The notes under the pieces: generated by a model | The model's input: only the letters and a program-made list of their open reading frames with translations | Told to the model about the DNA's origin: nothing | Databases searched by the model: none | Assembly: GCA_951406725.2 (NCBI GenBank) | Contig: OX597830.1 | Location: 77,004,001-77,068,000, forward strand | From: Octopus vulgaris | Lineage: Eukaryota | Direction: 5' to 3' | DNA length: 64,000 nt | Program-made: the position numbers and the translations under genes | In this document: one piece after another, positions 25,498-40,216 of the stretch | Layout: each line of letters starts with the position of its first letter | Position numbering within the stretch: the stretch's first letter is position 1

Positions 25498-26515
25498 AAG
25501 CAATAAAGGGTTTAGCAACGAATTGCCTTACCACAGACCGAATTTAGAAATAGCAGTCAAAGAGTTATAGCTATTTCTTCTACTAAAAAAGGGAGATCTC
25601 AGTAAAAAACACAGCAATTGGAAGGCAGACACAAACAGGTAAGAGAGAATGAATTGACGGCATTTGAATGAATTGACGAAATTCGGTCTGTGGTAAGGCA
25701 ATTCGTTGCTAAACCCTTTATTGCTTAGTATTACTTAAATTTTCCTCGAATGAGGCTTTTACATGCCGAAGACTACTTGGTGTAATTGATAATTATTCCA
25801 AATTAATTAATTTCACCCTTCATTATTACGGATAACCATATTTTATCTCAGTAGATGACCATAGCATCTTGTTTTGGCTACACGCGGGTGGGAAGGGGCT
25901 GGTGACACAATCCTTTCATTCACACTTTGAGTTTGGTGATACTAGTTGCGGATTCTAGCTCGCTCTGATACTGAGTTGAGTTGGTGCCTTCTAGTATCTC
26001 AAAATTCAATATATAATCACTTATGATTATAGTATTCTACGCTGAAGAGAAAAGAAGTTTGGGTAACGTAGAATTATTTAATATTTAATTCTTATGCTTT
26101 CCTAAAAACTTGATTTCGAAACGTGCGTCCGTAGATAACTTAAAATTGTATGATAGATTGCCGTCAATTCATTCTCTCTTACCTGTTTGTGTCTGCCTTC
26201 CAATTGCTGTCTTTTTACTGAGATCTCCCTTTTTAGTAGAAGAAATAGCTATAACTCTTTGACTGCTATTTCTAAATTCGGTCTGTGGTAAGGCAATTCG
26301 TTGCTAAACCCTTTATTGCTTAGTATTACTTAAATTTTCCTCGAATGAGGCTTTTACATGCCGAAGACTACTTGGTGTAATTGATAATTATTCCAAATTA
26401 ATTAATTTCACCCTTCATTATTACGGATAACCATATTTTATCTCAGTAGATGACCATAGCATCTTGTTTTGGCTACACGCGGGTGGGAAGGGGCTGGTGA
26501 CACAATCCTTTCATT
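25498..26515 (+). mobile_element. Non-autonomous Penelope-like / retrozyme element (595-bp unit x1.4 plus inverted 5' segment)
   Basis: Direct repeats at 25679-25920 and 26274-26515. 25498-25662 is the reverse complement of 26159-26321. HHR at 26036-26135. (TA)n on both flanks. Confidence 0.9.
26036..26135 (+). ncRNA. Type I hammerhead ribozyme with 69-nt extended stem II
   Basis: Stem I TCTACG/CGTAGA, core CTGAAGA, stem II GAAA/TTTC plus AAGTTT/AAACTT plus GAATTA/TAATTC, GAAA, stem III AC/GT with loop GTGC, GUC cleavage site at 26129. Confidence 0.9.
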
Positions 26516-26547
<32 letters not shown>

Positions 26548-26548
26548 G

Positions 26549-26582
<34 letters not shown>

Positions 26583-26835
26583 AGGGGGAGACAGTCAAAG
26601 ATTCTATGTGTGTATGAGTGTGTGTATGTGTGTGAGTGTGTGTGTGTGTCTTTGTGTAACAGTGTGTTAGTGAGAATAGTGTTATGGGAGTGTATGTTTA
26701 AGAGAATGAGTGAGAGTGGCAGAGAGGGTGTAATGGCAATGAGGTTGTTAGTAAGGGTAAGAGTGAAAGTGACAGCGTGGGTGACAAACACAAAAATGAG
26801 AGATACAGGGTAGAGACGATGGGACGAGTGGCGTG

Positions 26836-27222
26836 GTAGAAGAAGAAGAAGAAGAAGAAGAAGAAGAAGGAGGAAGAGAAGGAGGAGGAGGAGAAGAAAT
26901 AAAAGGAGAAGGAGAAGAAGAAGAAGAAGAAGAGGATGAAGAAGAAAAAGAAGAAGAAAAAGAAATAGAAGAAGAAGAAGGAGGAAGAGGAGAAGAAGAA
27001 AAAGAAGAAGAAAAAGAAATAGAAGAAGAAGAAGGAGGAAGAGGAGAAGAAGAAGAAGAAGAGGAGGAAGAAGAAGAAGAAGGAGAAGGAGGAGAAGAAG
27101 GAGAAGAAGGAGAGGAAGAAGTAGAAGAAGAAGAAGAAGAAGAAGAAGGAGGAAGAGAAGGAGGAGGAGGAGAAGAAGTAAAAGGAGAAGGAGAAGGAGA
27201 AGGAGAAGAAAAAGAAGTAGAA

Positions 27223-27253
<31 letters not shown>

Positions 27254-27411
27254 GAGAAGGAGGAGAAGAAGGAGAAGAAGGAGAGGAAGAAGTAGAAGAA
27301 GAAGAAGAAGAAGGAGGAAGAGAAGGAGGAGGAGGAGAAGAAGTAAAAGGAGAAGGAGAAGGAGAAGAAGAAGAAAAAGAAGTAGAAGAAGAAGAAGGAG
27401 GAGGAGGAGAA

Positions 27412-27443
<32 letters not shown>

Positions 27444-27543
27444 AGGAGAAGAAGGAGAAGAAGAAGAAGAAGAAGAAGGAGGAGGAGAAGAAGAAGAAGA
27501 AGAAGAAGAAGAAGAAGAAGAAGAAGAAGAAGAAGAAGAAGAA
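26836..27543. repeat. (GAA/GGA)n polypurine tract with higher-order duplications
   Basis: About 700 bp of nearly pure purine. The block GTAGAAGAA..GGAGGAAGAGAAGGAGGAGGAGGAGAAGAA recurs at 26836, 27121 and 27292. Confidence 0.95.
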
Positions 27544-27831
27544 CTAAACACAAAAAGAAATAAAAAAAAGATGCTGACGGTGGAGGAGAAGGCGAGGAAA
27601 GTCTACGATTGATAATTAGTTTCTTAATTTTTACATTTTTAGTTGTTGACTTCCTTTGTTTTACTTCGTTTTGTTATTTTTTTTGCCAATTTATTATTTT
27701 ATTGGTTTCTGTACGTTGTTTTTTTGTACTATTTTAGTATATTGTTGTATTTGTGTTGTTGCTTTCGTTGTTGTTGTTGTTGTTGTTGTTATATGTGTGT
27801 GTGTGTTGGTTATCATTATATATTATGAAAC

Positions 27832-28012
27832 AGGTGGCGCCCAGACAGAATCATTAGCGCTCAGACCCAAATGCTTAGCAGCATTTCATCCGTCTTTACG
27901 CTTTGAATTTAAATTTCACCCGGTTGACTTTGCCCTTCATCCATTCGGAGGCGATGAAACAAACCCCACTTTGCCAAATTTCAGTCCATGTACCCATAGT
28001 AGAAAGGATTAT
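27832..28012 (+). mobile_element. SINE family S4, diverged
   Basis: GACTTTGCCCTTCATCCATTCGG central motif. Confidence 0.65.
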
Positions 28013-28034
28013 TACGCGCTATTTTAATTATTTT

Positions 28035-28250
28035 GGAGGCACGTGGCTTAGTGGTTAGGATGTCAGCATCATGATCGTAAGATTGTGGTTTCGACCGGGT
28101 GACGCATTGCTCCAGTCCACTCAGCTGGCAAAATTGAGTAACGCTGCGATGGACTGGTGTCCCGTCCAGCTGGGGAACACATACGCCATAGAAACCGGGA
28201 AACCGGGCCCATGAGCCTGGCTAGGCTTTAAAAGGGTGCATTTATTTATT
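28035..28250 (+). mobile_element. SINE family S3, tail type C (internally deleted)
   Basis: A-box TGGCTTAGTGG. Tail shared with 15780-15890. Confidence 0.85.
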
Positions 28251-28299
28251 TTCTTAGATAAATTTTTATTTCATTTTTTAAAATAAATTTTTAGTTTTT

Positions 28300-28552
28300 A
28301 AATAAATGCGCCCTTTTAAAGCCTAGCCAGGCTCATGGGCCCGGTTTCCTGCTTTCTATGGCGTACGTGTTCCTCAGCTGGACGGGACGTCAGTCCATCG
28401 CAGCGTTACCCATTTTTGCCAGCTGAGTGGACTGGAGCAACGTGAAATGAAGTGTTTTGCTCAAGAACACAATGCCTCGCCCGGTCCAGGAATCGAAACC
28501 ACAATCTTACGATCAAGATGCTGATACTCTAACCACTAATCCACGCGCCTCC
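28300..28552 (-). mobile_element. SINE family S3, tail type C (full length)
   Basis: Inverted partner of 28035-28250. Confidence 0.85.
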
Positions 28553-28906
28553 ACAATTTCATTATCATTATTTATTTATCATTTTATTTAACGCTTATTA
28601 ATTATATTTTAAAAATTCATTTTGCCTCATTTATTTATATTTCTCCTTGTTGTTTCCTAAAGACAATTTGTTTAATTCATTTTCTGTGTTTTCTGTTTTG
28701 TGTATTATTGGTTTATGTTGTATTAATGTGTGTTGCTAATTTCTAATGTGTGTGTGTGTGTGTGTGTTCTTGCTGATGGTTTATTTTGCGTGTTCACTAA
28801 TTTCTGTTGCTTTTTCTTTCTTTTTCGCATTCCCTTTTCTTTGCTATTTATGTTATAAACCCTATTTCCCTCTAAAGAAACCTAGCTAGCCACCTGTTCA
28901 GGCGCG

Positions 28907-28940
<34 letters not shown>

Positions 28941-29435
28941 ATCATTCGCATTCATATACACATATTTAAGAATACATACATGTACATATATGTTTATGCA
29001 GATATATGCGTGTCCGTCTAGCTGCTTGTCTACACGTCTGTCTATGTATGTATGTATGTATGTATGTATGTATATATGTTTGTATGTATGTATCTATCTA
29101 TCTATCTATCTATCTATCTAGATTAAGATGAATATGGTACTTAGTTGAGGCACCAGAATTTAGTATGGTATTAAAGGTGAAGTGAAGGCAGCATGTTCTT
29201 TGTCTATCTCCTTACCTTCTTGGAGATTTTAGGTAAAATTATACTAATGTGTCCATCTGTTTTAATTTAATTAAATTCTATGTATTCATGCAGCTGAGAA
29301 TTGCCCTACATTTAAATTGATGTAATGATTGCATTGTTCAATTAAATGGAGTTGCTTGAAACTACCGTACTGAATTACCTCTGGATATCTTTGTTGCTTA
29401 TTTTGATTTTATCTATCTATCTATCTCCCTCTTTA

Positions 29436-29472
<37 letters not shown>

Positions 29473-29493
29473 CTATATATCTCCCTCTTTATA

Positions 29494-29629
<136 letters not shown>

Positions 29630-29762
29630 ATACATACATACATGCATACATACATACATGCATACATACATACATATATAAAGAGGGAGATAGATAGATA
29701 TAGATCTGGGGAATACGGTGGCTGTGTCTGGAGAATACAGTGGACCTGGGGAATGCTGCGCC

Positions 29763-30220
29763 TACGTATATGTACATACTTACATATAAACGTATATACA
29801 TATGCATATGTGGGCATAGGCCGTCGCTGTACGTAAAATAACATGAAATACGAAAACATGAGATTCGAAATATGAATACATGGAAAATGAACTTTCTTTC
29901 CGAACAACGAAAGAAACCAATGGGAAACAAGACAAGCAACATAACGAACGACTCTTCATCAGTTGTCGGCTGTTTTTCTAATCCGTATTTCGAGCAGGAT
30001 TAGAAAAACAGCCGACAACTGATGAAGGGTCGTTTTTTTATGTTGCCGGTCTTGTTTTCCATTTGTTTCTTTCGTTGTACGCCAAAAAAAAGTTCATTTT
30101 CCATGTAATCGTATTTCGAATCTCATGTTTTCGTATTTTATGTTGTTTACGTTCTGTGACGTCCTTTGCCCACAGATGCATATGTATATACGAATATATA
30201 TAAGTATGTACATATACGTA
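29763..30220. repeat. ~460-bp imperfect palindrome
   Basis: Arms of ~222 bp with a 12-nt spacer at 29985-29996. The innermost 31 bp are perfect. Confidence 0.9.
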
Positions 30221-30294
30221 TGTATATATGTATATATATATTATTTATATTATTAAGTATGTATGTATGCATGTACGTATGTATGTGTATGTCA

Positions 30295-30845
30295 GGTCAC
30301 TTTCGAGTGCTACTGGTAACATGTAACCCAGTACAACCTGTTGCATGGTCGGGTCGTCCGCGACTAAACCGGCAACACCACCAAGCTTCCTTGGTGAGGA
30401 GGTTGTTTATTGGACACCCTGCGGGATAAAAATCAAAACCCGTCAAAGGGTGGAGGAACTCTTGAGAGTCAACGGCCATCCAATAAATGTCTTAAGGCTG
30501 TATCATGCGCGGGGACATAGAAATAATCGGACTGAATACCCGATCGCGCGGTTAAACCATTGGGAGTGAAGGACTCCTAGCCTTTGTTAGGGCATCCTTC
30601 TAGGAGAAGGTAACTCAGGTAACTGGGATAACTCTGACATAAAACCTGCAGCTCAGCGGTTACCGATGATATTGATTTGTTCTTCTTTTCGGATTATGGC
30701 TGCTGTTGCTTAGTGAGTGGGATTGACTCAGTGCACAGCCTTTCCGCACTTAAAAAAAATCTTCTTGCACAGGCATTGCAAGATAACAACATTGATTAAG
30801 CTTCATGCAATGGCCATACTCGATAACGAGGGGGCAGCCACCACG
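30295..30845 (+). mobile_element. Probable non-autonomous RTE-LINE derivative (5' UTR-like)
   Basis: GC-richer island inside (TATG)n. AGGGCATCCTTCTAGGAGAAGGTAACTC resembles a motif common in RTE 5' regions. Confidence 0.5.
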
Positions 30846-31084
30846 TATGTATGTATGTATGTACGTATGTATGTATGTATGTATGTATGTATGTATGTAT
30901 GTATGTATGTATGTATGTATGTATGTATGCATGCATGTGTGTATGTACGTATGTACATATATATTTATATATTTACGTATGATATATATGTCTGTCAACG
31001 ACCGTTTATGTCCCATCAGACTTATTCGCTTTTATGGCATTTTTATTACCTCCATCTTTTTTACAAGTACCCATTGCAAATGTA

Positions 31085-31121
<37 letters not shown>

Positions 31122-31179
31122 CCTCTCCCTCTTCTCATTGAACAAATACACACACATACATAAGCCCGTGCGTGTATGT

Positions 31180-32290
<1,111 letters not shown>

Positions 32291-32645
32291 TACAAATAGA
32301 GATATTCATACACTCAAAAATACATTCAAACACACACACATATATGCATACATACACATGCATAAACACATACATGCCTAAATGTGTTGAAACATACATG
32401 CGCATCTACATGTACTGACATGAATACACGCACAAACATAAACGTACATGCATACATAATTACGCACTCTTACGCATATCTACGTGCACGCAATAACCAC
32501 AGGCACGCTCATCTAAATATACATAGGCACATCCGAATATATACGCGTTTATATGGACGAATAACACACACTCACACTCTTACACATATACTTATTACGT
32601 GTGAATGAATACTTAAACACATATGTATGTATGTATGTATTACAC

Positions 32646-33066
32646 TTTACTTTCTTTTATTTGTTTCAGTCATGTGGCTGTGGCCATGCTGGAGCACCGC
32701 CTTTGGTCGAGCAAATCGACCCCAGGAATAATTCTTTGTAAGCCTAGTACTTATTCTATCGGTCTCTTTTGCAAAAACGCTAAGTTACGGGGACGTAAAC
32801 ACACCAGCATCGGTTGTCAGGCGATGTTGGGGGGACAAACACAGACACACAAACAGATACACACAAACAGATACACACACATACATACATATATATATAT
32901 ACATATATACGACGGGTTTCTTTCAGTTTCCGTCTACCAAATCCACTCACAAGGATTTGGTCGGACCGAGGCTGTAGTAGAAGACACTTGCCCAAGGTTC
33001 CACGCAGTGGGAATGAGCCATGTGGTTGGTAAGGAAGCTACTTACTACACAGCCACTCCTACGCCT
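32646..33066 (-). mobile_element. SINE family S1, full length
   Basis: Homology to 3988-4397. Confidence 0.85.
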
Positions 33067-33079
33067 ATGTATGTACATA

Positions 33080-33482
33080 TCTTTATATATAAAAGTAAGG
33101 TTGTGTGCTGTCTGTCTCCTACGATTTAGATTCCTAACTACTCCCACATTTTGCGGTGCAGTTTAACCAAAAGCGGGTATCTTATAGTCGTGATTCATAT
33201 CGAGCCCTTCTGGGTATTAGCGCGCGTCTACGATGAGTCTACGATTTAAAAAAAAATTTACCATCAATTTTTCCCATTTTTTAATGCATTTTGGGCATAT
33301 ATAAGGGAAGTAACTCTCTAAAAATTTATTATTAAATCTCAGAATGTAAAAAGCTACAGTAACACCCCCCCCCCCGATTTGTGGTTAGCCATATTGAGAT
33401 GGCTATTATACTTTACATCTCTAAAAATGCTTATATAGTTATTTCCCTTACAAACCCGAGCAACGCCGGGCGATACTGCTAG
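33080..33482 (+). mobile_element. Non-autonomous Helitron B
   Basis: A|TC start, CCCGAGCAACGCCGGG hairpin, CTAG|T end. The last ~65 bp are shared with Helitron A. Confidence 0.85.
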
Positions 33483-33775
33483 TTATCTATACGGGTGTGT
33501 GTGAATTCCTGTGACAAAGTACTAACTATATACAGTAACAAATGTTCTCCTTTCCTACTTACCGAATAAATCTTCAAGCACTTTACTTCTTTTGCTTGTT
33601 ACTTCAATATTAAAACGATGTATATGTTTTTTTATGTGCATCTGCACGTATAGATTATACAATGTGGGCGTTTCTGCTCATCGTTTTAAAACCACACACA
33701 CATCAGTAAATCCTAATGCAAAGCTATGGAAGAATAAAAATATAAAAATATAATGAGCTGCGGCTATGACACACA

Positions 33776-34650
<875 letters not shown>

Positions 34651-35209
34651 AACAGACGTATAAATACATGCCCCCCTCCCCCCATACAAACTATATATCG
34701 TACCATCTGCTCATCTATCGTACTTTATGTTTATATCGTTATATTACTGTGTATTTTATTTGTCTGTCATTTACTATCAGATATATCTCAACACTCTGCT
34801 CCCTTTTATTTCAATTTTATTGCCAGCTCCTTACTATCACCTCCAATCATTGCCCACTTCCGTTCGCCGCCGCCATTTTTTTCTTATTATTGCCCTGCTA
34901 TTCCTGCCCCTTCTCTCTCTCTCTCTCTCTCTCTCCCTTTATTTTATGTCATTCACACCCTTAAACATGTCTTCGCTGTTCAATGCTACGTTAACCAACA
35001 ATAAATCCAAAGTAATTGTCAACGGTATTTGTAACTTAAAATACAAATTGACAGTTATATAGCTAAAAGAATACTTAATGATTAGAATAGTGGCATCGAA
35101 CACGACTTGTACGTGGTCTCTTCACAGGCTAGAAGTATCAACCAAACACTATAATCATTCACCCACAATCTTGGTGTCTCCTCAAGGTGTCTCTTTTATT
35201 GTAGCTTGC

Positions 35210-35600
35210 TGACAATGTTTGTGTTACTGTTATTCTCCTTGTCCTGTCTTTTACTGTTTATATTTTGTACTATCTTTGCTGTCCTGTTTTTGTTACCATT
35301 TTTACCCCTCCGCAAAAAAATCGCAAATTTTATTTAATCTGCGTTTGCGGGAAGGACTGTTTCAACGAAGTCGTGTCTCGCTTTTACCTTCGTAACGCGG
35401 AGTAGATGAAACTATGGCGACTGGAGAAGGGGAATTTTCCTTGTGTTATTTGTCATGTACTCTATTTTTTCGTTGTTTAAGAAAAATGTCCAGTTCCTTG
35501 GTTTTGTGTTTATTTTTTGTTTCTCATTGTTTTGACGTACCCATATATGCGTGTATATATACATATAGATGTAGGTACGTACATATATGTATGTATATAT
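35210..35600 (+). mobile_element. Unclassified repeat related to 7045-7460
   Basis: Shares the segments described for 7045-7460. Confidence 0.5.
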
Positions 35601-35646
35601 GCATATATTGTATATATAGTATATATATACACACACATAGATGTAA

Positions 35647-35785
<139 letters not shown>

Positions 35786-35877
35786 TATGCAAGTATGTAT
35801 GTACCATCTTCACCATGATGTTTTTTCTTATTTCAAGCTTTAATTGATAGTTCAAGCAAATTACATACGAAAAGCGT

Positions 35878-36520
35878 TTACTCATCTAAATATATACCAC
35901 CAATTTCTTTTGTCTGTTGCCATCGTTGTGCCGGAAGCTTAATTCACCGCTACTTTATTGGCAAAAAAAACTTCCTGCACTTATTTTCAACCTCATCTAC
36001 ATTGTTGAGTCACAATCCGTGTAGAAAATGCGTCATGGCCGGAACAAAGCCATTGATTTCTCTTATTAGTATTACAAAAAATAGATTTGTTTTTCATCCC
36101 AGTTGAAATACAACGGCAAAAACGAGCATCTCGAGAATTTGTCAGCAGTTTTGTAACTGTTCACACATCGTCGGGCCTGGTTATTTGTGAGTTCATGGGG
36201 AACGTATCCCCAGTATCTGTTGAAAATGCTCAATTTATGACAATGTACGGCTACCTGTACTTGGTTACTGTTCACTCATTTCAAGCAACGCTTCATCTAA
36301 CACAACAGAATGTCTCGCAAACTTTTGTTTGTCTTGGAGGCTGGTGTCACCTTCCTTGAAACGTTCAATTTAGCTGTGTGCCATATTTTCATTAATAGTT
36401 CCTGGGCCTTCCACATTAGTAATTCTTTTCCACTAGTAAATGTGAAAAACGGAACAAGTGGGAGGGCAGCTGCAAAAGAAATTAATGGCAAGAATTGCAA
36501 TTTTTTTCTTCCACCATTCA
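35878..36520 (-). pseudogene. Mariner transposase remnant, internally deleted
   Basis: ERFKEGDTSLQDK, YVPHELT (WVPHEL motif), WDEKQIYF (GDEKW motif) and C-terminal [34 protein letters not shown]. Confidence 0.8.
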
Positions 36521-36815
36521 TTATCAAAACTGTAAAATAAAGAATAAACAATGCTTATATGTTGTATATGAAAATGCAGAATAAGCATTTCAGCAACCTT
36601 TAAACAAGCTGTATCAAATTAATAATATAACGTGGAGAGCGCAAGCTCGAAATGTCAAAACATTTCCGTTTTGTCTGAGCGTCAAACTAATATAGCTTGT
36701 TTTTTTGTCACCTGTCTGTGCCTCATGTTTTTGGACATTTGAACCATATATATGTACATATATATTAATACATACATATACACATACATACATACATACA
36801 TACACACACACACAT

Positions 36816-36884
<69 letters not shown>

Positions 36885-36986
36885 TAGATAAATAGTACAC
36901 CAAGGCAACAATATTTACTGGAAAATAGCAATTGATATAAATACGACGCTATTGTATAGCTTCACTGCGTATATACTAGTAACGAC

Positions 36987-37034
<48 letters not shown>

Positions 37035-37044
37035 TAGTAAAGAC

Positions 37045-37089
<45 letters not shown>

Positions 37090-37092
<3 letters not shown>

Positions 37093-37415
37093 GCAGGTGT
37101 GGCTGTGTGGTAAGTAGCTTGTTTACCAACCGCATGGTTTCGGGTAGGTGTCTTCTACTATAGCCTCGGGCCGACGAAAGCTTTGTGAGTAGATTTGGTA
37201 GACGGAGTCTAAAAGAAGCCCATCGTATATGCGTGTGTGTCTGTGTGTTTCTGTGTCTTTGTTTGTCCCACAACCATCGCCTGACAACCGATGTTAGTGT
37301 GTTTACGTCTCTGTAATTTAGCGGTTCGATAGAATAGGTACTAGCTTTACAAAGATAAAGGCGGTGCTCCAGCTTGGCCACAGTCAAATGACTGGAACAA
37401 GTAAAAGAAAAACAG
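37090..37415 (+). mobile_element. SINE family S1
   Basis: Homology to 3988-4397. Confidence 0.8.
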
Positions 37416-37422
37416 AATAATA

Positions 37423-37798
37423 TCTTGTTGCACTCCGTCGGTTACGACGATGAGGGTTCCAGTTGATCCGATCAACTGAACAGCCTGCTAGTGAAACTAA
37501 CGTGCAAGTGGCTGAGCACTCCAGAGACACGTGTAGCCTTAGCGTAGTTCTCGGGAAGATTCAGCGTAACACAGAGTGTGACAAGGCTGGCCCTTTGAAA
37601 TACAGGTACAACAGAAACAGGAAGAAAGAGTGAGAGAAAGTGGTGTTGAAAGAGTACAGCGGGGTTCATCTCACGCCAGAGCCTCGTACAGCTTGAAGAG
37701 TTTTCGCTCAATAAACACTCACAACCCCTGGTCTGGGAAACGAAACTGCGATAGTACGATCGCGAGTCCGCTGCCCTAACCATTGGGCCATTGCGCCT
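37423..37798 (-). mobile_element. SINE family S2, tail type A
   Basis: S2 head, with a tail ending GTCGTAACCGACGGAGTGCAACAAG. Confidence 0.85.
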
Positions 37799-39038
37799 AC
37801 ACACACACACACACACACACACACATATGAAAGAACAATTCAGTTTGAAAAGAAAAACACTTACAAGCAATACAACCTCAGTAACCACAATAACAACATC
37901 AATATCAATCACGAACTACAATCCTGTATTGCATTACACTCCTCACACACACACATATACACACAACCACACATGTGCGCGCATATACATACACACACAC
38001 ACATACATACACAATTTCAAACCAAAATCGACGTCTTAATCGATAGTAACAACAACAATAGCAGCTGCAACAAACCTCACCACCAAACTAACATGTGCAC
38101 GCGAGCACACACATGCACTCACGAACAAAGATATAAACACACACAAATATAAACATACACACACATCACATACACATGCACATATACACACTTGCATATA
38201 CACATACACACATTGTTCCAAAACAAAAACAAAGCGATATTATACTGTAAAACCAAAAATAATTACATTTACACCAACAACATTAATATAATGAAACAAA
38301 ACACTTTGTAAAAGAACATCAACAACAACAACAATATCAGTGACAGTAATAACAATAACAACAATATGATTGGGAAAATAACAACATAACTTATTTAAAA
38401 GAAAAGAACCATCGGAGAATAATAAAAACGAAAGGAATGTGTGTTAACATTGGAGCACAAAGGAGTGAGAAAAAGGAGGAGAGAGATGCGAGAGAGGGAG
38501 AACGACGGTGAGAAAAATAGAGAGAGAAAGAAGGGAGAATGAAAGGGAGAGAAAAAGAGAAGAGAGTGTGTGATAACAAGTGAGAGAGAGAGAGAGAAAG
38601 AGAGCGAGTAAATATAGAGAAAGTGAAAGAGAGAAGTGTATGGTAGAGCAAGAGGAGGGATGGAGAGCAGGAGGGAAAGGGGGAGACTGATAGGGGCAAA
38701 AGAGATGGTAAGTGAGAGGAGGTAAGAGAGACAGAGGTGATGAGAAAGAGGCGGTAAGGAAAAGAGAGAGAGTGATAGAGAGAAAAACGAAGAGAGAATG
38801 AAAGGGAGAGAAAGAGGGCGTGTAAATATACAGAAAATGGAAGAGATAAGGATAGGGTAGGGCAGGAGGAGGGAGGAAGAGCAGGAGGGAAAGGGGAAGA
38901 CTGTTAGGGGCGAGAGAGAGTGATAGTAAGTGAAGGGAGATGAGAGAGATAGAGCAGATGAGAAAGAGACGGTAAGGAAAAGAGAGGAGGTAAGAGAGAG
39001 GAGGTACGTGTGTTTTTGTGTGCGTGAGAGAGTGAGAT

Positions 39039-39074
<36 letters not shown>

Positions 39075-39499
39075 GCACAGGGAGACAGACAGACAGGTAG
39101 GGAGAGACAGACAGACAGGCAGCGAGGGAGAGAGAGAGAGAGACAGACAGACAGAGAGACAGGCAAACAATAAAAAAGCAAATAAGCGAGTTGTCATGCT
39201 ATCCAAACATCAATTTCATCGTATCACGTCAAAAAAAAAAAAAAAAGAAATGACAAAAAAAGAAACGAAAAAGAAAAAGATTTTAACAACAGTACAATCA
39301 GTAAAGAGAGATACCACTGGCTTCCCGTACCGACCGCCTCCCTGTTCATTTGTGAAGACTTTGCGAAGTGTTTCCAACAATTGTCAGAGGGAAAAACAGC
39401 TTGTTAGTCTTAAACCAGATCAACAACACAACAACAACAACAACAACAACAACAAAGTTTGTAACATTAACAATAATAACAACAGTAATGTTAGTTTCA

Positions 39500-39890
39500 A
39501 ATTTTTTGCTCAAGCCCAGCAATTTTGGGTAAGTCGATTAGATTGAAACCATTATGAAAGGATGAAAGGCAAAGTCGACGCTGGCGGCATTTGAACTCAG
39601 AACACAAAGACAAACCAAATGCCGTTAAGCATTTTGCCCGGCGTTGCTAACGATTCTACTTAATTCATTATTGCCCACAAGGGGCTAAACATAGGGGACA
39701 AACAAGGAGAGACAAACGGATTAAGTCGATTACATCGACCCCAGTGCGTAACTAGTACTTAATTTATTGACCCAAAAGGATGAAAGGCAAAGTTGACCTG
39801 GGCTGAATTTGAACTCAGAACGTAACGGCAGATGAAATACCGCTTAGGATTTCGCCCGGCGTGCTAACGTTTCTACCAGCTCGCCGCCTT
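39500..39890 (-). mobile_element. Two tandem S4 SINEs
   Basis: GGATGAAAGGCAAAGT.GAC at 39560 and 39778. Confidence 0.8.
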
Positions 39891-39922
39891 AACAGCAACT
39901 GTAATGCTGATTATTGTTATTA

Positions 39923-40105
39923 AGGCGGCAAACTGACACAATGCTAAGCGCCATTTTACTCTCAGTGTTCAACTCCCGTTCAGGAAGAGGTTGCATTTAT
40001 TCCTTTCGGGATCGATAACTTACGGACCAGTTGATCCCTGGGGTAGATGTAATCAACATACCCCTCCGCTGAAAATGCTGAACTTGTGCCGAGACTTGAA
40101 ACTCT
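39923..40105 (+). mobile_element. SINE family S4, diverged
   Basis: Central TTCCTTTCGGGATCGATAA motif. Confidence 0.6.
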
Positions 40106-40216
40106 TATTATGATTATTATTATTGATGTTGTGGGAGGTGCTGTTAATGATGATGATGTTATATGATTAGTCAATCTCGTAAACATTTCTACAAGATGCA
40201 TATACACGTATCTATA

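Noticed and set aside
25679-26515. TRIM or LTR retrotransposon
   Set aside because: The repeats lack TG..CA ends, PBS and PPT. The inverted 5' segment and HHR point to a Penelope/retrozyme origin.
26833-27612. 259-aa Glu-rich ORF as a gene
   Set aside because: Simple repeat open in several frames, GTG start, and no supporting exon structure.
29950-29996. Type II hammerhead on the minus strand (GCTC-GAAA..CTGATGA-A-GAGT)
   Set aside because: Stems II and III can be drawn but stem I does not pair.
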